A stretch of DNA of 64,000 nt from positions 199,259,096-199,323,095 of the forward strand of contig NC_068981.1 in NCBI RefSeq assembly GCF_001194135.2, written 5' to 3'. The translations under genes were made by a program, and so were the position numbers. This document shows, in pieces, positions 1 to 12,423 of this stretch (position 1 is the stretch's first letter; each line of letters starts with the position of its first letter). This DNA comes from Octopus bimaculoides (lineage: Eukaryota). The notes beneath the pieces were generated by a model. The model had not been told where the DNA came from, searched no databases, and saw nothing but the letters and a program-made list of their open reading frames with translations.

Positions 1-281
1 GAGATTTTTGATTTACAGTTGCTATGCAACAGCCCTCCTACGTTCAGAAGAAATGTCTTTGTGATGTGTGTATGTTGATGTTAGTGGTGGCCATTCTGTA
101 TCTGTTGTTGGTTGTGGCCTTGTGTGGTGGCGGGCATGGTTCCAGGCTTGGGTTTGAAGCCAGGTCAGATACTGGACAATCTTTTGTGCCATACACAAAA
201 AAGATTGCAGTTCAGCTGCCACCCTTTTCACACCCGGGTGAATCTGGCCATTTGCTGGGCAGCGCACTACATCTGTGTATC

Positions 282-545
282 TTATAAGTTAAAAAATTTA
301 ATGAATTTATTCCTTGTCCTATCAGTTGCTTGTGTGAAGGAGCCAGATATGGCGAATAAGGCATCGTCTCTATACAGGCCACAGATAATATTAGGGAATT
401 CTTCCTTAATTTTTGAGAGTAGAAATAGGCCAACAATGACTGTGACCCGGGCAAAATCTGAGCTTTCTATTGTAACATCAAAGTTGTTGTGAAGGTCAGA
501 TCGGGTCCACGTCCTATTTTTGAAGGATATCAGTGCCACCATCTA
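282..545 (-). mobile_element. Penelope-like element RT fragment (YRDD type)
   Basis: Minus frame reads FDVTIESSDFARVTVIVGLFLLSKIKEEFPNIICGLYRDDAL, matching the FDVTMG..D.A....VGL.IL..L...GLYRDD.L palm pattern; same family as 33780-34860. Confidence 0.75.
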
Positions 546-559
546 TCAGAGGTCAAGCC

Positions 560-1490
560 CTACTGAAAAGTAAAGATAACTCAACCCTCCTTGAAAATAA
601 TGCTGAGGTCAATTCAAGATTGACCTCAACACTTTGAAGCGCTCAATTGTTCGAAGGCTTCTGACATTGCAAAACAGCCAGAAGTTAGTCCAAGAATGTG
701 TGCTACATATCTGCATAAGCTTGGGTATTATGGACGAGCAGCTAGAAGACAACCTCTCCTTCAACCAATTAATATCATGAAAAGAAAGAAATGGGCTAAG
801 GAGATGTCAGAAAAATCCAGTTCATTTTGGGATAGAGTGATTTTCCCAGATGAAAAAGATTTGCATTATTTTCAGACAGTGGACGTGTTTGGGTCTAGAG
901 GTTTCCCAATCAAGAATTGATTTGAAAAGACTCCAACCAACTGTAATGGCATGAGAAGCTGTCACCAGCAATGGTCGTTCTGAGCTGATCAAATGTGTTG
1001 GAACCATAAACTCTGAAAAATACATCGAAATACTTAAGCAAGGACTACTTCTGATATATTCACACGATAACATAACGAAAAATGGTTTTCATTCATGGAA
1101 GATGGGACTCCATGCCACACAGCAAAGAGGAATCAACAATGGTTGACTGAACATGGGATCAAAAAGCTTCCTTTGTCGAGCCAATCTCCTGACATGAACC
1201 CAATTGAAAATCTAGATAGAGCTATATGAAAAACCCGACAGAAACCTAAATCTAAAGATGAACTTTTTTTAGATTGTTGCGTGAAAAGTGGGCAGAAATT
1301 CCACAAGAGACAATCACAAAACTCATCAGTTCAATGCCAAAAAGAGTTTCTGAATTAAAACCTGCAAAGGGAATGTCAACTAAATACTAATGTATGTAGT
1401 CCTACCTATCGATTATATTTGAATTGTTCGCTTTGCATATTAAATAAAAGATTTTGAAAATTAAAGGTGTCTATTTACTTCCTGCATGTG
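560..1490 (+). mobile_element. Tc1/mariner DNA transposon relic, frameshifted DD34E transposase (stop at 1387-1389)
   Basis: Translations GYYGRAARRQPLL, WDRVIFPDE, FMEDGTPCHTAK, SQSPDMNPIENL, SMPKRVSELKPAKGMSTKY*; 34 residues between second D and E; HGGGS segment deleted; no 5' TIR found. Confidence 0.9.
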
Positions 1491-1664
1491 TGTGTGTGTG
1501 TGTGTATGTGTGTGTGTGTGTATACATCACTACACCATCAGCATCATCATCATCATCATCCATATATCCCCATTGAATCATTCTCACAACAAACCCCCTT
1601 AACATTCCCTCCCTCTACCTGTTCCCACTCATTACATCCTGCCTCCCTTCCATCTACCCCCCTG

Positions 1665-1738
1665 TTTTGGCAATCTTCTGACTTGCCAGCTCTTATCAAA
1701 ACTGTCCAACCCATGCCAGCATGGAAAACAAATGTTAA

Positions 1739-1770
<32 letters not shown>

Positions 1771-1785
1771 GATGCTGATGATGAC
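1665..1785 (+). mobile_element. RTE-family 3' tail fragment with (GAT/GGT)n
   Basis: aaactgtccaacccatgccagcatggaaa...gttaaatgatgatg matches the tail of the RTE copies at 11.5, 26.8 and 60.7 kb. Confidence 0.8.
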
Positions 1786-3222
1786 GAGTCTCTCTCCTAA
1801 GTCTTGACCTCAAAAGGTATTTAAAAATTGCTGTGGTGTTTTCCAAACGTTAATGATATATTTTGCTGACACAAGCTTTAAATAAATGCTCTCTGTTATT
1901 AGCAGAGACATCAGCACATTATACCAATTTTTGTCTTTTAGCTATTTCTCTTTTATGTGGCAGAGTTCCACGTTTCAGCCATTGCACACAGACTCCTCAC
2001 ATCAAACCATAAAATTCTATGATAAGAGTGAATAAAGCAGTGTATGTGTATTTTAAATGGCTATAATAACACAATGGAATGTAATTGTTACCACAGTTTC
2101 TTTTACACAGAGACTGGCTTTTTTTTTTTTCTTTGGCAATAAATTTAATATCAAGAAAGAAAACAATATCGTAGTCAAGATTTCCAAATTCTTGATGTAG
2201 TGTGACAGTTGAATAAATGTAGCAATACATTGCACCAAAGTGAAATATAGTTTCCATTAATGACAAAGGTTTGTGAGACAAACTGGGAGGTGGAATTGTC
2301 TAAAAGTCAAAAATGTTCCTGTTACAGACAAAGAACGTTTTTAATACCATTTCAGATTTACATTCATTATTTACGATAAAAAAACAAAAAAGATGAAATA
2401 AAAATACACATTTGCAGAAATATATTTTTTCTTTTATCCAAATAAAGAAGCAGAGTTGTTAAAGTGGTGAATAAGGATACCTTGGAATATTTGTCCAGAG
2501 TTCAAATCATTCCAACGTTTACTTTTCATTTTGTCCTTTCAGAGTTGGTACATTTAATTACTAGGCAGTGGATTAGTAGAATTGTTAATGATTTAGTGGA
2601 ATGTCAGCTGAGATTCTTTGTGGTATCTGTTCTGACTTTTTGGGGCGGTTTGAGATCAAGTTCTGTCTCCTATCATCATCCTTCTCATAACCTCTTCATG
2701 GAAAACTGTTCCTTTAGGTTACAACTAACAGTGACAGGTCTCCGGTGTTGATGGAACAATATTTCAGTCACAACAACAATTTCACATTAGCAAGATAAAT
2801 GCTAGGATAGAAACAAAATCTTCATCAAAATCTTTGTGGTATTAATTACTTTGGCATATCTATTCTTGTTTAGCACAAAAGAAGTTTAGTTCGCTTTTAG
2901 TAAGAAAAGAAAAACGTGCAACAGTGACAAATGAATCATTTCTGTGCACTTTGTAAATGGAATGAATGGTAGAGTCAATGGCACCAATCTCAGAAAGCCA
3001 CGGCTGCAAAGCTGCCATTCTCATGCATTTTCTTGGTCCTCTCTATGCCTTCCTCTGACTCGTCTGTTTTCTTTTTATCAGTATCAGGTGCCTTCAGATT
3101 TTTCCTGTTGATGGTTATGAGTTCACAATTCTGCATTAGAAGGAGGCAGCCTTGTAACATGGTCCACAAAGAGACAAGAAGCGATAATCAGGGCATTGTG
3201 AGTGACTGGGCATTGAGGACGG

Positions 3223-3295
3223 TTACTGGGGATGCATTTTGACAGTAGAAACAGAATCTTTAACTGGATGCTGACCCATGTTATCACACATCAAT
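3223..3295 (-). CDS. Candidate terminal exon of unidentified host gene (LMCDNMGQHPVKDSVSTVKMHPQ*)
   Basis: Acceptor atttatcacag; phase 2 matches the upstream candidate exon; open to TAA; no homology recognised. Confidence 0.3.
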
Positions 3296-3433
3296 CTGTG
3301 ATAAATGTAACATGGTTCATTATTGAGTGTGTCATGTTATCCCAGACTGGTGATAAATCAGTGATAATCAACGATATATTTAATAGTTATTATTGATGCA
3401 ATTACTATTAATTCTGCGCTGTTAATTACTCAC

Positions 3434-3495
3434 AATAGATTAGATAACGAGGGTGCCACCACAGTTCTTTCTATGGTACTAATTGCAATAACTAC
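3434..3495 (-). CDS. Candidate exon (VVIAISTIERTVVAPSLSNL)
   Basis: Acceptor gctgttctag, donor GTGAGT, only one of three frames open, 62 nt, non-repetitive sequence. Confidence 0.4.
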
Positions 3496-4243
3496 CTAGA
3501 ACAGCATAGTACTTCATTTGAAGATCTTTGGTTGCAAGGAAATCTGATATATGACCCCAACCAAGAAATAAGATTCTTAGAACTCTGGCACCATTATAAC
3601 AATAAAATAAACAACAATTAAATAAAGAATATTTCTTATGACTATTCTTTCAGAAATTTGTAAATTAACTCTTATTCAAGAAAATAATTAATAGTGAAAG
3701 AAATAGTACCAATAGCAAAAGGCAATCTTTATTTGCAACGTAATGTGGACATTGTAACTGGAAATATACTGGAAGCTATTTGTGAGTTAAATGACAAGTT
3801 TCTTGGAAGGGAAGTGATTCGGTTGATTAAATTGAGGAAAAAAAAAAAGAAGTTAAATCTTCCTTTTAAAAGCAGGAAAGTCAATGAAGTAATTATAAAA
3901 ACGAAGACAGAATGTCTGGAAGGTACAAATGAAAACATTCAGTAAAATTTAAATCTGATTTTGACAAATGGAGATTATGAAGTACATTGGAATGTAGAAT
4001 ATAATGCCTAAATGTCACTAATTTCTAATGTAGGGAAAACAACTTGATTATCAAAAAAAAATTTTTTTCTTCATATCAATTTTAAAACAAGAACCTAATC
4101 AATTTCTTACTGAATAAATCGAGAACATATGATGAAGTGCATCTTAAAAGATCTTATGATAAATGAAATTTTCCTTTTGTAATTAAGAATAAAGTTCTTT
4201 TTTTTCCCTTTTCTGTAAAACTTGAAAGTTCAATTATACTTAC

Positions 4244-4263
4244 AGGGGAAGGTGGTTGTTTGT
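4244..4263 (-). CDS. Candidate micro-exon (xKQPPSP)
   Basis: Acceptor tttag, donor GTAAGT, ends in phase 0 compatible with 3434-3495; alternative acceptor gives 27 nt. Confidence 0.2.
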
Positions 4264-5394
4264 CTAAAAACTAAATTTTTTCCCCCTCTGCTTTAAACAG
4301 AAATCCATATACTTCACTTCCATCTGATCAATACCCACTGGGAGCATGGTTCACAAGAAATCACTAAAGTAGGGTGAAGAGAATTTAGTCTTCAATTATT
4401 GTGGAAACATAATTATTTGCTCTCGCTAGCATTAATCATTCAAGCATGAAAATGAGACGTGTTTGCAGCTAGGTTGAGTGACACAAATAGAATTATATGT
4501 TTTACCTGAGGGAACAACTAACTGTATCCACTGATGTTAAGTCTCATATCGAATGATAAACCATTTATTTCATCATATCAAGGTGATAATAAATAATACA
4601 AACATCAAATGTCTGGATATTACACAACAATATTTACTTTCAGCTGTGTTCTCCAAACAATAATTAAATATCATGACTTCATTATACAAACATATGTGCG
4701 TGTGGCCTTCATCTATTTTCCAGTAATATTAGTAATATAAATGAGGTGAGATGACAATAATTAGATATGAAAATCTGTTCACAGCCAAGCTGATGCTTGA
4801 CTTGCTAGAAATAGCAGCCTAATCTCCATCAAATAACATCCTACGAATTATCTAAGGAGAGGACAAACACATTCAGACATGGTGGCTTCTGGTGGGAACC
4901 CATTATGACCATTTGTGTTGACACCACTCGCTTGGACCCATCATCTCTGGTCTGTTGCATCGTTTAGTCCCTTCACCCTTACTTCCTATCATCTCCAACA
5001 ACATTTCCTTCAAACACACAACACCCTTCTCCATTCCTGCCTGATTCATATCATGATGACCCATCCAATTTATGCCAGCTTGAAAAGTGGATGTAAAATG
5101 ATGATGACGACGATGACAGCGATGACGATGACGATGATGATGGTGTTCGTTGTTTTTGTGGTTTATGAATTCAACAAATTAAGGAATTTTCAGGATTCTT
5201 GATTTGATTTAACTTCTCAGGTGACCTGCTTCTCATGGGATTATAAACTGATATACTTTGACCTTGGGTTATAAACAGATATACTATTTAAGATCCTGGA
5301 GAAGCTACAGGGTTATAAAAAAGAAGCACTGAAGTTGGTCATTTATGCAGGTTTGTACTACATTAAAGGGGATTATTTATCCACTGAGTTGTAA

Positions 5395-5570
5395 ATTTTA
5401 GCATTCAAACTGGCCAAATCCAGCTGAAATATTCTACTCATTTCATGTTTAAACCAGCTAGATCCGGCCTGCATTAAAAATCTTCCTTCACAGAAAATTT
5501 CCCACCAACTTACACACCTGGTTCACAATCAAATGAATTCAATTTTTTCAAGCATAATTTATTTTCTTTT
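5395..5570 (+). mobile_element. Degenerate MITE-like repeat
   Basis: tagcattcaaactggccaaatccagc...aaaccagctagatccggcc; opposite-orientation relative at 18545-18650. Confidence 0.5.
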
Positions 5571-5689
5571 GAAGATTGTTTTATGTGTGTGTGAACACAC
5601 ATCCCACATGCACAGGAGTACACATGTACACATACATTCATGCATGCCCTGTACAAGCATAAACATACATACAGATACATAGATTAGAA

Positions 5690-6007
5690 CTCACACATAC
5701 ATATATACACATATATACACCCATACCTGCAGATGCAAAATATACATATAAACACACATGCTCATTCACATATACATACATATCTATATACACAGAAACA
5801 CACATACACAGAATATATACAGATACACTTAGATGTGTTCACACACTCAATATAGACACACATACATACATATACATATATGCACACAAACACACACACA
5901 CACACACATACACATGCACACACACACACACACACACACACAAGCATGCACACATATGCACACACACACGTGTGTACATTCATACATATGCATATATTTG
6001 TGAATAT

Positions 6008-6063
<56 letters not shown>
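5690..6063. repeat. Compound (CA/TA)n and (CAT)n microsatellites
   Basis: Directly visible. Confidence 0.95.
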
Positions 6064-6560
6064 TTAACGCCTGTTTCCTGTGCTAGCACGGGTTTGATGG
6101 TTCAGCAGCAGTGTGGGTGGGGGTGGGGGGTGAACCAGAGGGCTACATCCAGCTCCAGTGTCTTCTTCAAACTGGTTTCTAGGGCTGGATGCCCTTCCTA
6201 ACCGTAATCCTTTTGCAGTATGCACTGGCAGCTATTATTGTGGCACCGGCACTAGTGATGCCATCAATTAACTGGCAAGACAAAGACCCCACCCCCTGAG
6301 CTGCATGGAGGAAGTAGTAATGAGGAAGGGGGTGATGAGGGGACAGGGGCAGGTATTTTGATGAAGAGGAGACACATGGTCACCCTTGTTGGAAGAGAGA
6401 AAAGATGGTGGTGGAGATGCATCAGGGCCTACCCTCAAACTACAGAAGGGGGTGGATATAAGAGGAGTGGTATGGGTGGGTGGGTAAGTTTGTGTGAGTA
6501 TGAGAGGTGAGTGGTTGATGGATTGAGAGGAGGGGTTGAGGGGAATGCAGTGAGTGGTGA
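6007..6560 (-). mobile_element. Non-autonomous element ending in RTE tail
   Basis: (CAT)n then tttaacgcctgtttcctgtgctagcacggg...ctggatgcccttcctaac (reverse complement of RTE tail) followed by purine-rich body. Confidence 0.6.
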
Positions 6561-7859
6561 CCACAAGGTCAGGTTGTATATTGGCTTTTTTGTTATGTCT
6601 GTGGAAGTTGACATTTTTCTTGAAGAACATGAAATAATTTGACAGAAAAATGTGAGAAACACAAATCCATTTTGTCTGTTGGTTATTTGCGAGACATACA
6701 CAACCATTTGAAAGAACTGACTCTTGGAAATTGAATTAGATTCCAGATTCAAAACAAACCGGTTGTGATGTCTTTAAACAGTTTAGGCATTTAAGAGAAA
6801 AGGACTCACTTTGGATGCAGAAAACTGATAAAGAACATTTTCCTTCTGATCCCTATGTTTGAGGAAAGAATTGGAGAATATTTGGAAAGAAGGAAAGTTT
6901 GAGCAGTTGTTGGGGTTTCAGAATTTGCTGGAGAAGGGCATTCCAAGAAGAACTATTGACTCAACCTGACAATCATTCTTACTGAATACAGAAGCTACCA
7001 AAACCTTAAAGAGTGGTTGGCTTAAACTACAACTAGTTCAGAAGAGCTACAACTAATTCAGAAGAGTAGAGGCTGTTGGAGCAGCAGGGTAGAAGAGAGA
7101 AGGAGATGACATAGTGTGTCTCTGAGTTGGTGGGTGTTATATTGATGAATTGGAGAGATTGCTGTTGCAGATTCAGTGTGTATTTGTGTGTCTGCTGTGA
7201 TATTTTGATGGGTAGAGCATTGCCAATGGCTTTCTGTGGAGTTGTTGGAGGCAAAGATATTTGAATGTTGCCACAGAATCAACAGTACAATTGTCCCATT
7301 CACATAAGCAACCCTTGAACGTGAGACTTCAGTCCATTTCTTGTCCTTCAGCTGTTTACCATTAAATGTGCCAGCCTCACAGAAAACACCATCGTTATTT
7401 GAACATAAAACTATAAATGACTGATCAAATCTGGAAGATAATACTACATCTTGTAATTAATGAGCAAGGAAAAGGTTTATTATCGTTAATTCTTGATTTA
7501 AATTTAGATGCTATTAATGTGTGCAGCATCTGTGTGTTTTAAACAATATTATCAGACAAGAAGCAATTATGAATGATGAAGATGATGTAATGATGGCTGA
7601 CAACTGCTTGGTCGATAATGAGAACAGAAAATATTCAATGTGAACATGCTTTTCTATTCAATTAATCATGAAGCTAATATAATAATTAATTTTACTGTTA
7701 AGTGATTCTTGAACATAGAAGATGACATTGAAAATGACCGAAGCTGTACTCATGCATAGAAACACGCAGACAGGGAAACCAATGACTTATCTATAAGGCA
7801 GCAGTGGCATCAGCAGTGGCATTGTCAGTGTTGGGGTCAGTGTTGCCAGCATTGGCATC

Positions 7860-8480
7860 AACATCATCATCATCATCATCATCAACAACATCATCATCAT
7901 CATCATCATCATCATTTAATGTCTGTTTTCCTTTGTGGCAGGGGTTGGACAGTTTGACAGGAGTTGGCAAATTAGAAGGCTGCATCAGGTTCCAATTGTC
8001 TGGTTTGGTATAGTTTCTATGGCTGGATGCCTTTCCTAATGCCAACCACTTTACAGCGTGTAGTGAGTGCTTTTCATGTGGCACCAGCACTGGTGAGGTT
8101 ACCAAGTAACTTATGAGACAAGACACCACAACTGAGGTAAGGCGAGGGGGAATATTGAGGGAAGTGGCTTTATGCTCAGTGACAAGAGGTTAGAATACGA
8201 ATAGAAGGGGGCAGAAATAGGTGTCTTGCAGTAAAGGACATAGATGGCTACCTCAATTGAGAAAGAGAGAGAGAGAGAAGGAGGGAGAGGGAGAGCGAGA
8301 AGGGGGGAGGGAGAGAAAGAGAGATGGTAAAGATGTGACGGTGGGGTACACTCAAGTTACAGGGAAGTTTATACAAGTGATGTGGAAGCAAAGGTTTTGA
8401 TTGGTGAAGTTGTTGGATAAGTTTGTGAGATTGTGAAAGGTGAGTGGGACAATGAAGAGGAAGGACTATTGTGAGCAGAT
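7860..8480 (-). mobile_element. Non-autonomous element with RTE tail (same family as 45330-45880)
   Basis: RTE tail plus shared body gaaataggtgtcttgcagt...gatggt..atgtgacg. Confidence 0.7.
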
Positions 8481-8509
8481 ACTACTACAGCAGGGGGCAG
8501 AGATTTGTC

Positions 8510-8720
8510 AGGGGCAGATTGTCTGCTTTTATTGCCTTGATCTGACTTAGCTTGACATGTCTTCTCAAGCTCTGCAAATTACAAATCATCTTGGTTCTTT
8601 ATCATCTTCTCTGTGAGTCTCAGCATCTGGAAATCATTTTCATCCATATCATCCCAGGTCTTCCTAGCCCTACCAAGCACAACAGTGTAGCTTCTCCTGT
8701 ATTGAAGATGGGGGTCACAG
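8510..8720 (-). mobile_element. RTE LINE C-terminal fragment
   Basis: Minus frame GRARKTWDDMDENDFQMLRLTE, homologous to GRPRKTWDEVVKHDL of the other copies. Confidence 0.7.
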
Positions 8721-9099
8721 TATGGTCTCAATCCAATGATAAAAAACAATAAAACAATGAAGAAATTCTTAGAAGAAAAGAAAGAAAACCAATATTATGA
8801 TAATCAATTACATATAAATATAAATATCAATTAAAATAATTTCAAATTACAATATTTCGTAAATGTTGGTATCTGTGGTTCCTCAGGGTCGAAGATGATT
8901 GTCCAATGTGGAGGTCAGGGTTTGATCCATAAATCCTATCATAGACCAGGTGTTTGGTGTTTCTGTTGAGCTGCCCATGTTGTGTTGTGTCAAAATCTTG
9001 GCCTTTGTCCAACGTCTGCCCTTCTGTTCTTTATGCACCAAGCAATCTCAATCATCCACATTAACACTTCATTTTACCAAATTTCCTTTAGATATGTCA

Positions 9100-9505
9100 T
9101 TGGTGGCTCTGTGGTTTAGAAGTTTGCTTCCTAACCACATAGTTCCAGGTTCAGTCCCACTGTGTGGCACCTTGGCCAGTATTTTCCACTATAGCCCTGG
9201 GTAGGCCAAAACCTTGTGAGTAGATTTGGTAGATGGAAACTGAAAGGAGCCCACCATATATATGTGTCTGTGTGCGATTGTTTCTGTCTTCTTCCTTGCT
9301 TTGACGTCATGTGACAGCTGTAAAAGAGTGTCACTGTCATACAAGCAGTGTCATTCATTTCCAATATTCTTCTGTGAGAACATTACTTTGTTTAGAAACA
9401 AGTGAAGGTTAGTGACAGGAAGAACATCTGGTCAGAAAACTTACCTCAACAAATTCTATCCAACCCATTCAAGCATCAGAGGACATTAAAATAACGATGA
9501 TGATA
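9100..9505 (+). mobile_element. tRNA-derived SINE (family A head) with RTE-like tail
   Basis: A-box-like gtggctctgtggtt, B-box-like ggttcagtccc, ccttgg core, ends ggacattaaaataacgatgatgat. Confidence 0.75.
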
Positions 9506-10364
9506 CTCTCTCTCTCTGTCCTCCACATATGTGCTTTTATTCTATCATCCGGCGGTAAAGCCAAACTATGGGAGAAAATACTTGCTCAACATGCTGCACT
9601 TGCTGCACAGTAGCATCAAACATAGACAGATATGACTGCCAAGAAAAGTTCTTAATCCATCAGCCAAATCCGTTTGTGCTTAGAAATTAGTTGATGGATT
9701 CTGCTATCAATGTCTGTGGTGTTAATTAATGCTGGAGCTACTGTCTGTGTCAGTTGCTAATTAGAGTCAGAACTGTTATCTCTGTGAAGTGTTAATTAAT
9801 GCTGGAGCTGGTGTCTCTGATGTTGCTAAAATAAAGAAGACTTCAGCAAATGGCTGTCTCTGTTGGGAACTCAGAGTTCCTCAAGAGAAACTGAATGAAA
9901 GAAGGTATTGTTGCTTAACCGTGAGTCAACCCCTGTCAAACAAGCCAATGATCAAATGCATGCCAGCCAAGACCATCCTGTCAATTTAGGGGTATGTAGA
10001 TACGACCCTATTATATCATGTCTTGTCTTTACATAACAGTGTAGAATTTGATTTGAGGGAGATTCGACTGCTATTTCCAGCAGATTGAATGACCACATAG
10101 AAGCTTCTTCATTGGCTTGCATTAGAAGTAAAATTTTACATGGTAGTGCAACATGGAGACTGAATGTGGGATTATGTGATAAAGTTGGGTAGAGGTGAGG
10201 TACATGTTATGTTTGAGGAGTGAAAGAACATGAAAGATATGAATGTCAGAGGAAATGGTATGCCTCAGTAAAAGAAGTCTGTTATCATTGGCAAAGGACA
10301 GATGAGATTGAGAAAAAACACAGCAAATGGTGAAATTTGAATCAAATAGTAACAGGCTGACTGT

Positions 10365-10585
10365 TGGGGTTAAGGGGTTTGCTTCCCAGCCATATGTGGC
10401 CCTCATCATTTTAACATCCACTTTTCCATACTTGCATGGATCAGAGGGAACTTGTTGAGATAGATTTTCAGTCCCACTGCATGGCATCTTGGGAAAGCAT
10501 CTTCTACCATAACCCCAGGCTAATCAAAGCTTTGTCAGTGGGCATGGTTGATGAAGACTGAAAGAAGCCCATATACACAGAAATG
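10365..10585 (+). mobile_element. Family A SINE interrupted by an inverted RTE-tail fragment
   Basis: tttgcttcccagccatatg...[catcattttaacatccacttttcc]...ttcagtcccactgcatggcatcttggg. Confidence 0.6.
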
Positions 10586-10589
10586 AAGC

Positions 10590-11600
10590 TAGAATACTCC
10601 ACTGGATGTGTAATGCCAGTGTACACACACAACAGGGTATAGGCACCCTGAGAGGAGAGTTGGAAATAAAAAGCATCAGATATGGTGTGCAAGGGAGATG
10701 ACTGCGCTGGTATGGTGTGCAAGGGAGACGACTGCGCTGGTATGGTCATGTGATGCTTATGGATGAGGACAGCTGTGTGAAGAAGTGTCACTACCTAACT
10801 GTGGAGGGAATCTGTGGAAGATGTAGATCCAGGAAGACCTGAGATGAGGTGGTGAAGCATGACCTTCAAATGTTGAGCCTCACACAGGCAATGACAAGTG
10901 ACTGAGACCTTTGGAGATATGCTATGCTTGAGAAGATCCAGCCTGCCAAGTGAGATTGTAGCCATGGCCTATGCTAGTGTCTCATAACTGGCCCATTTAA
11001 AAGTTCTTCTCAATTGTCAGGCAATGTACTGTGCTTAAGAAGACCTGTTGAATCAAGTGAAATCGTCATAACCAATGCTAGTACCACCTGACTGGCAGGT
11101 AAAACAGCACCATTCGAGCATGGCTGATGCCAGTGCTGCCTAATTGGCTCCCATACTGGTGGCAGGTAAAACAGCACCATTTGAGCATGGTCAATGCTAG
11201 TGCCACTTGACTGGCCCCTGTGCCAGTGGAACATAAAAAGCATCATTTGAGCATCATCGATGCCAGTGCTGCCTGACTGGCCCCTATGCCGGTGGCACGT
11301 AAAAAGCACCATTCAAGTGTGGTTTATGCTAGTGCCACCTGACTGGCCCCTGTGCTGGTGGCAAGTAAACAGCACCATTTGAGTGTGGTCGATGCCAGTG
11401 CCATCTGGCTGGCCTCTGTGCACGTGGCACATAAAAAGTACCCACTACTCTCAGAGTGGTTGGCATTAGGAAGGGCATCCAGCTGTAGAAACCTTGCCAG
11501 ATCAGATTGAAGCCTGGTGCAGCCTTCTGGCTTGCCATTCCTCAATCAAACCGTCCAACCCATGCTAGCATGGAAAGTGGACGTTAAACGATGATGATGA
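10590..11600 (+). mobile_element. RTE LINE 3' fragment: ORF C-terminus, 3' UTR tandem array, (GAT)n tail
   Basis: HWMCNASV...RRLRWYGHVMLMDEDSCVKKC...RKT*DEVVKHDL; 30-bp internal tandem duplication near 10680-10745. Confidence 0.9.
11075..11445 (+). repeat. About 5.7 copies of a 66-bp tandem unit within the RTE 3' UTR
   Basis: Unit ATGCCAGTGCTGCCTGACTGGCCCCTATGCCGGTGGCACGTAAAAAGCACCATTCAAGTGTGGTTT counted at 66 nt; first unit internally deleted. Confidence 0.9.
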
Positions 11601-11619
11601 AATACATATACATATGTGT

Positions 11620-11830
11620 TTGTGTGTATGTGGGTGTGTAGCCTTGTCTTGATATCATGTGATGATTGTAAACAATGAAAGCCATCCTACAACTGAGATG
11701 TTGTTTGTTTCCAGTCTTCCATGAAAACATGTCTGGCCATGGAGGAAATATTGCCTTGTGTGGAGACAGATGAGAGTTAGCAACAGGATGCCTCAGCAAA
11801 TTGCATCTAACCTATGCAAGCATGGAGACG
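11620..11830 (+). mobile_element. SINE body and tail fragment
   Basis: ccttgtcttgatatcatgtgatgattgtaaac... homologous to 9290-9480. Confidence 0.55.
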
Positions 11831-12330
11831 TGGAACTGCAAAGCACAGCAGTGGTGTTGAGCCTCACAGACAAGATAACAAAATGCACCAACAGGTTTGC
11901 TTCATCAGTTAATTCCTGCCAGAATGAAATAAGGAATATTGAAATAATAATGATGAGGCTTATAAATCAACACTGTTGTATTCCTGTTTCTATGTTGTTT
12001 TACTGAAAATTTCTTACCAATCCTTCTTCAGAAACCTCCATTTTCTACCATTAATCCTCTTTGCTCTTCGTCTGCTCACGTTTCCTCATTCAATATTTTA
12101 TATTCAGGTTTATTTTTTTCTTTGTTCCCCCACCCCCATTTTTTATCCACTCCCTTCTTTTACTGTTTTTTCTCTTTGTTTTCCTCCACCTCCATTCATT
12201 TCTGTCCTCTGACATTTAATTGTAGTAATTAATTTAATTATGGCATCTAACTCAAATATTGAAGAATTATAATGATTGAGTGGATAAAGGAGTCAATTCC
12301 CTGAAGTTAAAATTCCCATCTTCCATTCAG

Positions 12331-12423
12331 TTATTGACACCTTGGGCACTGGAAACTCTGTGTCATGTCGTGCACTGTTTCCCTGGCAGCAGATCAGATG
12401 GGAAAATAGCAAGAAATTTGCAA
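12331..12423 (+). CDS. Candidate exon, 93 nt (LLTPWALETLCHVVHCFPGSRSDGKIARNLQ or alternative frame IDTLGTGNSVSCRALFPWQQIRWENSKKFA)
   Basis: Acceptor cttccattcag, donor GTACGT, two open frames; no homology recognised. Confidence 0.3.

Noticed and set aside
4306-4374. Plus-strand exon candidate NPYTSLPSDQYPTGSMVHKKSL
   Set aside because: No phase-compatible partner found and it lies beside a better-supported minus-strand chain
9715-9830. Two-copy 70-bp repeat starting GTGTTAATTAATGCTGGAGCT
   Set aside because: Only two diverged copies; ordinary local duplication (likewise 5230-5290 and 7025-7070)
11075-11445. CRISPR-like appearance of the palindromic 66-bp array
   Set aside because: Whole units are homologous with no unique spacers, no cas genes, eukaryotic context, and the array sits in a LINE 3' UTR
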